Origin: Hormiphora californensis
Taxonomy: Eukaryota; Animalia; Ctenophora
DNA length: 64,000 nucleotides
Assembly (NCBI GenBank): GCA_020137815.1
Contig: CM035351.1
Span: forward strand, 496,001-560,000
Reading direction: 5' to 3'
Of the stretch, positions 39,601-50,627 are shown piece by piece. The stretch's first letter is position 1. The number at the start of each line of letters is the position of its first letter. The position numbers and the translations under genes are program-made. Under the pieces are notes generated by a model. The model saw nothing but the letters and a program-made list of their open reading frames with translations, did no database searches and was not told the DNA's origin.

Positions 39601-42486
39601 GATGGTCCTCTTCTTCCAAATCAGTGACCCCATCGACAATCTGTTCGCATAAATCAATTATCTTTTGACTAGCTTCAGCTCTCCGCTGGACTCGGCTGCT
39701 CCTCATTTAGAGATTCACAGCGAACATTTGCTAAGAACACCTCGATCTTCTCCGGGGTCATCAGTGCAGTAGAGGATGGTTCAGAGGGAGCTGGGGTAGA
39801 GCAGGGTTCAGAGGGAACTGGGGTTGTCGATATGACCGATTTAGTATCAAACCAGTCGTCATCTGACATCATGCTCGATACGGGTCGTTCTGAAACACTG
39901 GATAACGGGGCGTTCTGCTGTTACCAGTGGATACAGGGAAGGGTTCGTTGACGACGTCCTCCCCTAGCTCAGCCCTGACACTCTCCTGATGCTATCTCCT
40001 TGACTCCAAGTGGGGTATGAGTACCTAATTCCTGGCAAATTGGGCAAGGGAATGGAGCTGTCCGTGGTTGGTGGGCTGTCCGGGGTGCTGTGCTCGGAGC
40101 AGAGCCCAACCAGCTCCTCAACTCCTACCAGTACCAGGTTTTGTAGGGACACAGGTGTCGCCTGTTTCATTGGAGATGGTGTCGCCACTTTCATTGGGGA
40201 GGGTGTCGCCTCTTGGATTGGAGAGGGCGTCGCCTCTTGAACTGGGGAGGGCGTCGCCTCTTTCATTGGAGAGGGTGTCGCCTCTTGGACGGGAGAGGGT
40301 GTCGCCTCTTTCATTGGGGAGGGTGTCGCCTCTTTCATTGGGGAGGGTGTCGCCTCTTTCATTGGAGAGGGTGTCGCCTCTTTCATTGGAGAGGGTGTCG
40401 CCTCTTTCTGCACTGGGGAGGGTGTTTTCTCGGGTATAGGCGGCGGTGTTTCTGCCAGTGCCATCACCAACATGGGTTGCTCGATGACGGGGGGTTGTGA
40501 TTCATCCTCAATTGATACCTCCTCTACGACTAATGGTGCCTCTGGTGATTCCAGTTCATCTTCTACCAGCAGGAGTGTTTCCTCAATTTCTGGTGATTCA
40601 GGTTCCTCAGATGGGGGCTCCTCGACAACTGGGGACCCTTCAATCTCTGGCTGGATATCTTCTTGTTCTGGTGCTTGAACAATTTCTAATTGTGCTTCTT
40701 CGGGTGCTTTTGGTGCTTCTCGGTACACAATTTCTAGAGCAAGTGCTTCAGGCTTCACCTTATCGGACACATCAATCTCAAGTGCTTCATCACGGACAAC
40801 CTCTGCTGCTTCCTCGGTGCTTGGTACAACAACGACACACTCTGGTTCCACTTCCGGTTCTATCTCCACTACCTCTGGCTGTGGGGGTGTTGGAGAGGGG
40901 GTTCTCACAATAGGTAGCTCCACTACCGATACTACCTCAACCTTCTCCGGCCTTACCACCTCCCTAACCTCTGGGCTTAGTTCTCCCTCTCCCCAGAGAT
41001 CATCAACTAACAGGGATTCATTTGAAGCACTGGAAAATCCGGGGGATCGTTTGGATTTGGTTGATGATCCTGGTTCTACGACAACACTGCTCGGACCAAG
41101 GATCAGATCCAGGCTATCTACTAGAGATATGGGTGACTCATCCTCAGCTTCACTCGGTGGAGCTGATGGAACTAGGGGCTCTCTGTTGATTAGTCGGGGT
41201 TACTGTCTGGGACAAGGCTGGTTAGAAGGGTGGGACTATCGACCGCGGCCAGGGTGCTCCTTTGAGGCATGGTGGAGAGGAGACTACCTCCTTTCACACT
41301 TCCTGGGGTAGATGCAGCGGGAGTAGCGGGAGAGTCCACTAATATGTTTGGAGCTGGGGTTGGAGTAGTTATGGCTGGTGAGAGTCCCGTCAGTAGGGTT
41401 GGAGTCTCCACGAGAATATTCCGTGGTGGAATTGAAGACAGAAGGCTACCACCCTTGACACTACCAGGTGTAGGGAGAGTGGGTGATTCTGGTGTCCCAA
41501 TGAGTACAGGAATGGACCTCCTAGGGGGTGTACGGGGTGTACTCGGAGTGCCAACAGATTCCACAGGGGTACTCGGAGTGTGATTCATGGGTTCCTCTTG
41601 AGGAATTGTAGACAGAAGACTGCCTCCTTTCACGCTCCCCGGCTCCGAAACGGTCGGAGAGGGGTCTTTAGCGATGGATTTCTGCCTAGCTAAAGGTGAT
41701 GAGAACGATGTTAGTAGCTCATCAGATGCCATGGATAGTGAACTCTCAGGGCGGACATCTTTCAACTCCATCCTGAGAACATCCCTCAAAATGTGAGGTC
41801 CATCTAGAGGAGTGGGGTCAGGAAGGGGTGTTATATCAGGGAGTTCCGATCCCTCAGAGGTGTCATCCACCCCCTCCTCGTGAAGTCCATCGAAATGGTG
41901 TTCTGTCACAGAGATGACATCGTCCACTGATGTCTCCTTTAGTCGACTAGAGGATCCCATTAGTTCGTCGTAAAGTGGGTGTTCCTTGTTTACTTTTTCT
42001 GAAATGAGAGATGTCGTTAGTGACAAAATATGTCAAATATAGCTACATACATGTCAGAAAGAGTCAACTCTTAGAACTAATGTAGCTGACCCTATTGATC
42101 GGGAAATTAGGAGGGACCACTGACAAACTCCACTGACCTTTAGGGCTGAAAAACTTCAAAGTTTGCAGCATTTCAGGTTGAATGAAAGGTATTTCGTGGT
42201 ATTCAGTACTCGATTCACTGAGCGTCACTGAATCGCTACAAGAACTGGAGGCACTGGAGGAGGGAGCGGGTGTTGTGTAGAAAACTTCAACGTTCTCCAA
42301 ATCAAATGAAACCGATCTCCTGTGCTTCTTTTGTTTCTTCTTTCCTTTTATAGCTGAAACAAATCAAATGTTGAATGTTTTATAGCTGAAATAAATGAAG
42401 TGTTTCAGTTTATTGAAAACTCAGCTTTGTTTCTCAAGAGTCAAGCTATATTTACCATTTGCTAGCCTCTGTTTCTTAAGAGGCAT
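36599..42486 (-). CDS. Very large Pro/Glu/Ser/Thr-rich multi-exon protein with N-terminal RVxF motif; several frameshifts in this sequence
   Basis: Exon 1 42486-42456 (MPLKKQRLAN), exon 2 42353-42138 (AIKGKKKQKKHRRSVSFD...), exon 3 from 41998. ORFs 41190-42026, 39964-40959 and 36599-38647. Internal repeats KEATPSPM and KVDSPTTPEELT. Confidence 0.6.
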
Positions 42487-42660
42487 TCAGCATTATCTGA
42501 TACCTGTAATGTAGCAATATAATAACAGTGAGGTTAGGGCAACAAATACAGTACAGGAATAAATAAAACCCAACTCTACAGAGTGAAAACTGCAATGAAA
42601 TGTTTAATTACAATTCAGTTAATTTAGTTACAATGGTTACCATGGTTACACAATTCAGAG

Positions 42661-44778
42661 CTATAACAACTCAACGACATGAATGGCATCACAGAAACAG
42701 CAGAATATACTCTTTTGATGCATCACATTATCCTGTAGTACCTCTCCCCGCTCATATCCCCGGTATAATCTCGATATAACTGGACACTCCTCCGGTAACC
42801 AATCCTCAGATACCGTGGCAGTATCCACCGACCCGGTAGTTCCCTCAGTTGAGGGTCTAAAGTAAAACTGATCACGTGATATCCCCTCCACCGTCAGAGA
42901 TCCATCCACTATGACGTCATATTTACCCCACTTGTTTAGCAGGTTGATTACAGCAAAGTAATCCTCGTCATTACCGAAGAACTTGCCTACTGATTCAGGT
43001 AGTTCTAGAAAGCAGTAGTCCCCCTCGTCGTCTAGATGGTAGTCCCTGTGATCCGGATCTACCGGGAAATATGTGATAGGAATTATGTCAGGACTCCACT
43101 GTTGGACCTCCGAACTGGTCTCGCGTGTGTTAGCGTGTGTTGGGTCAGGACTCCATATAGTATCTGACTCGCTGTCACTACTGCAGCAGGGTGTTAGAGT
43201 GGCCGAGGTTGTGATATTGCTGTTCGCTGTACTGTCACGGGTAGATGGGCACAGGGTGGCTGACTCAGAATAACCCTCATCACCACTACTACCCATATCA
43301 CTACTAGTACCCCCATCACCACTACTATCATCGTGTAGTTTGAACCTTTGGTAGCTTCTCAGGATATCGGGGATATAATCTGATCGAGTCTGGAAGATTT
43401 GTATAAATACCAGGTCCATTGGTGTAGGGGATGGAGGAGGTGGGAATACCTGCTGGGTGATATCCAGAAACAATGGCTGTCCTATTGAGTCCTCTACAGG
43501 TCCAAGTCCAACTAGCACGGAAGGTGATTCCTCTGCAGTAGGTACTGGGGGTAATTCCTCTACAGGTCCGACTTGGGGTGTTTCATGTTCATCTACCGTT
43601 GTTAAAACCACCGTAGATTTAACTGATGCATGGGGTGGCTCTTCTTTGGGTACCATAGATATGCTGTCAGACACCCCCTCAATGCTGTCAGACACCCCCT
43701 CGATGCTGTCAGACACCCCCTCAATAGGCTCACTTTGTTGTCTATCTGAGCTAGTAATTCCTAGCAGCTCCTCCCCGGCCGATGAATCTCCAGTTGTTGG
43801 GCTCTGCAGGTCTTCCCCGGCCGTTGAATCTCCAATTGTTGGGCTCTGCAGCTCCTCCCCGGCCGATCCAGTTGTTGGGCTATGCAGGTATTCCTCCGTA
43901 GACTGCTCAGATGGTTCAGCCTCCACTAAAGTACAGTCGATAATTTCAACCGTTTCAATCCCATCATGATTTTCTTCAGTTATTTCAGACGATTCCTCTA
44001 TCAAACCACCCTCCGTTGTTGTATGGTCAGTCTCAGTAATCTCTAAAAGGGCCGGTCTCCTTGCAGTCTCAGTAACCTCTGAAAGGTCAGGTCTCCTTGC
44101 AGTAACATGTCTAACAGGTTGTCTCCTTGGCACCAACACTACCACCGGTGTAACAGGGGCGCGAGTTTTAGATTTGATGGCTGAGAACAGACCACTGTTA
44201 TTTAGGGTGATATCGAAAACTGGCTCATGGTTCAGTTCAGGGTCCGTCAGGAGTAACACTGGCTCGCCCATCTGATCATGGTTCAGTTCTGGGCCAGTCA
44301 GGAGCAACACTGGTTGACCTGATCCACTAGGCTCCCTTTCTGTTTCACTGCTGGATGGTGAGGAGCTGCTTTGTGCCGAGGAGGAGGATGTGGATAGGGG
44401 GCTAGAGTTGGATGTTACCCTTCCTAGTGATGACATATCCTCATCGTCCTGAAACAGCTCCCCCTCACTAGACGGGGTGTAGGAGACCTCACTAGAGGGG
44501 GACGGGGTGTAGGTACTGGAGGGAACACTAGAGGAGGGGGACGGGGTGTACGTCCTGTAAGCGCTGTCTTGTGCCGGTGAGTGATCTATTGACGGGGTAA
44601 GAGCACTGTGGTCTGGTGAGGGGGTAAGGGAGCGAGGGAAGGGGGTAGTACTGGACGAGTGATCTGGGGACGGGGTACTACTGTTCAACTCTTCGTAACC
44701 CTCTTTTTTCTTATTGCCTCTTAGCCGCAGGAACCTGATAATACTGGATTGTTTTGAGGAAGGGGACGATTTGGGCAT
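42661..44778 (-). CDS. Intronless 705-aa Ser/Thr/Pro/Glu-rich protein with small globular C-terminal region
   Basis: Long ATG-initiated ORF; C-terminal FAVINLLNKWGKYDV resembles the end of the downstream gene. Confidence 0.7.
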   Translation of the reverse strand: MPKSSPSSKQSSIIRFLRLRGNKKKEGYEELNSSTPSPDHSSSTTPFPRSLTPSPDHSALTPSIDHSPAQDSAYRTYTPSPSSSVPSSTYTPSPSSEVSYTPSSEGELFQDDEDMSSLGRVTSNSSPLSTSSSSAQSSSSPSSSETEREPSGSGQPVLLLTGPELNHDQMGEPVLLLTDPELNHEPVFDITLNNSGLFSAIKSKTRAPVTPVVVLVPRRQPVRHVTARRPDLSEVTETARRPALLEITETDHTTTEGGLIEESSEITEENHDGIETVEIIDCTLVEAEPSEQSTEEYLHSPTTGSAGEELQSPTIGDSTAGEDLQSPTTGDSSAGEELLGITSSDRQQSEPIEGVSDSIEGVSDSIEGVSDSISMVPKEEPPHASVKSTVVLTTVDEHETPQVGPVEELPPVPTAEESPSVLVGLGPVEDSIGQPLFLDITQQVFPPPPSPTPMDLVFIQIFQTRSDYIPDILRSYQRFKLHDDSSGDGGTSSDMGSSGDEGYSESATLCPSTRDSTANSNITTSATLTPCCSSDSESDTIWSPDPTHANTRETSSEVQQWSPDIIPITYFPVDPDHRDYHLDDEGDYCFLELPESVGKFFGNDEDYFAVINLLNKWGKYDVIVDGSLTVEGISRDQFYFRPSTEGTTGSVDTATVSEDWLPEECPVISRLYRGYERGEVLQDNVMHQKSIFCCFCDAIHVVELL

Positions 44779-44895
44779 ATTTTCTAACCTCGGCCATCAT
44801 ATCAGTATCATGATCAACAAAACGAATAGCAATATAGAGAGGGAGAATGTTGAGATCTGTCTTGAGGACTCCATGGAGTGTTGATCATCAGGTTG

Positions 44896-44898
<3 letters not shown>

Positions 44899-44940
<42 letters not shown>
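44899..44940 (+). repeat. (GT)n microsatellite
   Basis: Direct observation. Confidence 0.95.
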
Positions 44941-44941
<1 letters not shown>

Positions 44942-45290
44942 CTATATATGTATTGAGGCAGCAGCCTTCATGATATATATGAACATTATTGAGTTTAATA
45001 CTTTACACTTACCTGGATCAACTCTCCTTCAGGTATACGATTTGTTGAACAGGAACACGATATGATGAAGACGTGGTTGAAAGATATTTTATTACCGGGG
45101 ATCTTGATGAAACGGGATCTACAGTAAAACCAGGTATGAATTATTTTATCATAGTTATTATACACGTGCATGCCTCTTTATCATCAGCATGCTCAATGAC
45201 ACATTGAGCATGCTGATGGGGGGTCATGAAATTTAGCGATTGTGCGTGGGAATTTAACTTTGTATGGTCTATTTAGAGAAACAAATATTT

Positions 45291-46665
45291 TTTAGAAAAT
45301 CAATCAGAATCAAATGGCAGAGTTTTTGGCACGTCGCGCCCCTCTATGTTCCCCTATAATGCCCCCTTCGCGGCTAAAGCGCCTGTACAGTTTTCCTCGA
45401 CACTTTCACAACCAATAAAATGCGATAAACATATCGATAAAAAACAATTCAAAGTCAATGGTCATCCTTTGGGCAGCTCACGTCGCTGCGAGCGAGGATA
45501 CTTTACTTTGTAAAAAGGCATAGCAGGGTTAGAATTCGAAAACGACAATTTGGTATACTAACTAATCGGTAGAGGGACCATTTTGGTCACACTTTCGTTG
45601 CGAGGGGCAACGGTGTAGCAACTAGAGCCGCGCGCACAGTGACGAGCTGACATTACATTATGAAACCCGATAGCTAATTTAACAGTCGTTTGAACATTTT
45701 GCGCGCTCATGATAACTGCTAGCTGGGAGATTTAACACCCTCCTCGCAGTTTGACAGTCCAGTTCCCCTTTTCACGCGTTTCTCTACATTTGAATAACAT
45801 GCGTGTAAAATTCTAAGTATTGAAAATGTGTGTAAACACACAGTTCTGTCAACAAAAGAAAGGGGAAACATGTCTGCAACACGTTTCAATGTTATCTCTC
45901 TCATAAGGAGTGAAAAGAATCACATTCCATTCGTTTCTCTCTCTCATTGTCTCTTTTACTGTTCACTACTTCTGACAGTGTGTATTGCCCCCAATCTTGC
46001 TCTCTCTTTCTCAAACATGTTAGGAACAGTAGACACTAAGTCTACACACATTTTCACGGTGTCTGTTGACTAATTGCCAGCAGTCCTAGTGTGTTTCACC
46101 TTGTGTTGTGTCTCTTATTTGTGTGTAATTACTATCGGGTTTCATAAAATATGAACGTTTGTTAGCCTATCGCGTTATAGGTTTAAATCACCTCCCCCTC
46201 ACCCTCGGCTGGCGCCTCGGGATCGGCGTCGGGATTTAAACCAGTTTAATCGCCCTGCCGGGCGATTAAACTCCAGTTGGCTGTCCCCAGCTCGCGCTGG
46301 GAACAGCCAACTTGATAACGCGCCAGTCTACAAACGTTCATACTTCATTTGACCAAGCCTTGATCCTGTTGGCAGTGACAGTGTCACTGACATGTGAAAA
46401 GGTAGGGCAGGGAAATTGAAACTCAGCATTATGAATTCATACATAATGCAATAATTCTTGTTTAGAAAATCAATCAGAATCAAATAGCAGAGTTTTTGGC
46501 ACGCCCCTCTATGTTCCCCTATGCCCCCTTCGCGGCTAAAGCGCCTGTACAGTTTTCCTCGACACTTTCACAACCAATAAAATGCGATAAACATATCGAT
46601 AAAAAACAATTCAAAGTCAATGGTCATCCTTTGGGCAGCTCACGTCGCTGCGAGCGAGGATACTT
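45291..46665. mobile_element. Cluster of small repeats: ~210-bp direct copies (45291-45502, 46461-46665) and two TIR elements (45658-46147, 46150-46342)
   Basis: TTTAGAAAATCAATCAGAATC...GCGAGCGAGGATACTT occurs twice; TTATGAAACCCGATAG/CTATCGGGTTTCATAA; TATGAACGTTTGT/ACAAACGTTCATA. Confidence 0.65.
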
Positions 46666-46706
46666 GGAGCCGGCCACTCGAATGATCGAGGAGACCGAAC
46701 CAAGTA

Positions 46707-47981
46707 TCAAGTATCCTTTGGGCACAGCAGAGTCCTGTCTCCAAGCTGTTTGACAACAACCAACAGTAACGCAGCCCCAGCTATCCCTGCCATGACAGCA
46801 AAACTAACAGGGTATGACGTGAAGTGTAGAACTCCACCTCCGATCATAGGACCAAGGAATGCTCCCCCAAAAAACCCAGCATTGTAGACCCCTGTCATCC
46901 GCTCCGTCCTTAGCTGGTGGTTGGGGTGGTGATCATGAGCAACTAGCAGGGGTAACACAGAGACCTGGACCATAGCACTAGCTACCTCCAGTACACCAAA
47001 CACCACAGAACACCACAGATACGGAACTGATCTGGCAATACCAACCGTCCTTAAATCCAAGAACAGTGTCGATGTGATAAGGAGGGCAAGTCCAAATATG
47101 ATTGTTATGGGTTTAGGGAACCCTATGTCAATGAGAAGTCCGGTGACAGCGGTGATAAGAGAGTATACCGCACCTGTCACCATCATAACTGCTCCTGTTA
47201 CAGACTCCGGTTTACCATAGTTTAACTTGAGATACACAGAGAGGAAGGAGGATACGTATCCTTCAACTCCACCCACAGCCGTCATTACACAGAGTCCCAG
47301 GATAACCACGTTACCATTCAACAGACGGTGTGATCTAGGTTCTTCTTCAGCATGGTGTTGTTCACCATCATCATCAGAAAGGAGTTTCTCCTCCTCGTGT
47401 AACGGGACAACCAAGTTGTTATTTGTCGAACTCAATACCAAGGAGAATATAAGGGACGCCAAGCTCACACTCCCTCCTAGAATTGCCATAGAGAACGCGT
47501 ATCCCCCTGTGCTATAAAGGTAGCCTCCTATCAGGGGACCCACTGCCAGTGCTCCACTGAATGCTAACTCATAGAGAGACGACACCATTCCTAGCTTGTC
47601 AGGGTAGAGGTGACTCATGAAGGCGACCACCTTAGGCTCTATAATGGCATTCACTGCCCCATGCACTATCCGGGAGACAACCACAGCTCCAAGGAATACA
47701 TTTCGAGACAAGGGCAAGTAGAAGATGGAGGATGTGCTGAGGATGGCAGGGATGGACAAAAGCAGGGCTTTAGGTGTTGAATACTTTGTAAACTTGTCGA
47801 CGAATAACGAGGACAGACACCCTGAGAGAGGGAGGAGGCCTGTCACAATCCCTCCCACTGCAGATGAGTAGTTTTGTGTGAGAGTTAGTTCGGATGATAG
47901 GAAGGGGAGGGGGAGGGTGTAGAGGTTGTTCTGGATGCAGATCAGCATCGCTGCCAACATCAGGAAAATAGGCCCCTTCAT
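46707..47981 (-). CDS. Major facilitator superfamily transporter (SLC18B1-like), intronless CDS
   Basis: ~12 hydrophobic segments; SRIVHG; ALAVGPLIGGYLY; TGLLIDIG; GAFLGPMIGG. ATG directly after a TTCCAG acceptor at 47981. Confidence 0.82.
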   Translation of the reverse strand: MKGPIFLMLAAMLICIQNNLYTLPLPFLSSELTLTQNYSSAVGGIVTGLLPLSGCLSSLFVDKFTKYSTPKALLLSIPAILSTSSIFYLPLSRNVFLGAVVVSRIVHGAVNAIIEPKVVAFMSHLYPDKLGMVSSLYELAFSGALAVGPLIGGYLYSTGGYAFSMAILGGSVSLASLIFSLVLSSTNNNLVVPLHEEEKLLSDDDGEQHHAEEEPRSHRLLNGNVVILGLCVMTAVGGVEGYVSSFLSVYLKLNYGKPESVTGAVMMVTGAVYSLITAVTGLLIDIGFPKPITIIFGLALLITSTLFLDLRTVGIARSVPYLWCSVVFGVLEVASAMVQVSVLPLLVAHDHHPNHQLRTERMTGVYNAGFFGGAFLGPMIGGGVLHFTSYPVSFAVMAGIAGAALLLVVVKQLGDRTLLCPKDT

Positions 47982-50627
47982 CTGGAAAGTGTGGATTACT
48001 TTTAAAATAAAAGTAGGAACAAGGCAGAGAATATTAAATGATAGCATGCCTACATTACATTATTATCTAATTGTCATAATACACACGGCCCAGTGCGAAG
48101 AGGGCAATCTTTGTTACTCAATCTTGTATTGAGGCAACTATATTCAAGAAATTTCATGATAATCCCAATGAGATCCCCATATTAGCTGCATTTGTACCGG
48201 CACGTACATGCCATGTAATATAAACCCCATTAGTCTATCAGCTATAGTTGTAGGGTAAACACTGTCAATATGGTTGTTTCAGTAGGCCACAAGAGAGCTC
48301 TATCGGCGTGGAACCGAGAGCAGATAGTACAACAAATAGAAACACGTTGGTTTACAAACAAATGTTTCGATCTTGCGATCTCATCACTGTTCAAAACACT
48401 GCGTAAACACTGTCGATTTAAGAATATGGAGGATGCGGGTAATACCAGTTGTAGGCTAGCATGAAATTCTGGCTCATAGAAATCTATAAGATCTAATGAG
48501 GACTTATGAGCCAGAGTTGTAGGTCACGACCTACTTAGAAGCCCACCGATCAGGTAATAATAATAATATCACAGAAATGATAAACTGTAGACAGAGGATG
48601 GGAAAACTAAACCTTTGCTTCTCTCTCTCAATATGCTTGGAATTGCTCTTATCTGTTATCTACAAAGGGGGAGGGTGTCACGAACTCAGCTTCCATGCTT
48701 GCAGTACCACCGCATAAGTAATTATATATCCCGGCTGTACGGGGGAGGGGGGATTCATGACCTTATTGGTTGGAACTTGGACGCCATGCCAAAATGCTTG
48801 CTTATTGGTCAGAGACCCGCTAGGTACCCACCCCCTAAAAACTAGAATAAATGCATTATGTTTCATAATGCTATGTTTCCCCGCCAACGTTTCATTCCTA
48901 ACACGAAGGCGGGACAGACATTTCGGATCATTTATAGATCACGCAAACAGTATAGAACAAATCCTTGTATTTTAGTAGCACTAAATTGTGCGCCACATTG
49001 CGAAATTGCGCGCCACACATTTCCTGAAAAAGTGTCAATGAAGTGGTTTATGAAGGAGCAGGTTGTTGCTGTGACTTGTGTGCGCGGCTCTAGTTGCTAC
49101 ATGTTGCCCCTCGCAACCTGAAACGGGACAAGAGAGCTGACTTGCTACACATAGTCACTATATCCGTTTAGATTTCTAAACCCCGTATGCCTTTTTGCAA
49201 AAGGCATCCGGGTGAAGGCCTTCGGCCTTCACCCGGGCGGGGAAATAAAAATAATACCAGTTAGGGGTCCACCCTTACAGTACTGGTTGCGTCTAAATCG
49301 GCAAAATTTTGCAAATTTTTGCAAATTTTTGCAAATTTGACCATCTGAAAATCAAAAATTTTGAAAATTTTTGAAAAAAATTTGAAATTGAGGACAATAA
49401 AAGTAGAATTTGACCCAATTTAGGCCTTAATTGGGTCCTAATTGGTCCTCGAACCCAAACAAGATGCATGACAAATGTCTACTCGAAACTCGACTACTAT
49501 AATACCGAACTGAGAACCGATGTGTGAACAAAATTGGAAGTGCTGATAACACAATTGGAACCTGGTACCAGTTTGGAACCTGGTACCAGTTTCTAGCTCC
49601 GAGCGGAGTGATGACGATTGAACGTGCAGCGCTACTTCACATGGAAATACTACTAGTTATCTAGTGAAGAGAGCCAGATTAGCAGCACGTGTGTCCTACA
49701 AAGTGCTAATTGTACGTGCATGTTCAATGTGGTTTAGTCTTTGTGAGGTGTCGGCCTTCTATAAAAAGTTACAAGCAGCCTTCACAATTTTTACTTTTGA
49801 CATGAAGGATTGCTTGCTTTAACCCGGTGACCCCATAGATTCCGCGGAATTTGTTGAGGCCGGAATTTATGAGGTAATAGCAGTTGAACAGGTCCTGGTA
49901 GTGGCAGAGAGATCGGTTGGTCGTTTATTCTGGTAGTGTTACAGTTGGTATAGTAAACCCCTAGCCTAGCCTAATACCCTAAAATAGAACCTAAACGACA
50001 ACCCTAACAAGACGAAATATAGTGAGCTCCCGTATTATACAACCCATTTCAGCCCCCCTCCCGAGTTCCCAAGGTCCCAGAAAAGAGCTGTGTACTTACT
50101 TGTTAGCGTGTGCACCAGGAACCAATCAGAACTCGTTATTTAGGTCACGTGACTGGTTATCAGCCAATCAGGGACTAGTATTCCCAGAAAAGAGCTGTGT
50201 ACTTACTTGTTAGCGTGTACACGTGAGTTCTATTATACCAGACCGCCCTAACATTTACCTCAAACTTTCGACATAATTTAGAAACAAAGAAAACTCGAAA
50301 CATTATTCAAGGTTGAATAAGATGTTTTAATAATAATGATGATAATATGAGCGTGTGTATATCATAAGGACAGCCCCATCTGTCATGGAACATGATACTG
50401 TTCTAATTATAACCAACCTGGATAAACCTAAATAGAGAATGCATGCACAATTTCAGACGCTTTTTAGACAAGTTTTAGTTTTTATTGGACTTAGTATGAG
50501 TATGGTATGGTCCCGGTATGTTGTTATGTTCTAACCCTTCTTTACATTACACGAAACACAGTCTAGCTAGGCAACCCGGTATGGTGCACCGTGTCCTTGT
50601 AACATCAAACATGTCAACAGAAAAGAG

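Noticed and set aside
36918-43969. Plus-strand Gly/Ser-rich ORFs (37659-38816 etc.)
   Set aside because: Antisense shadows of the Pro/Glu/Thr-rich minus-strand genes.
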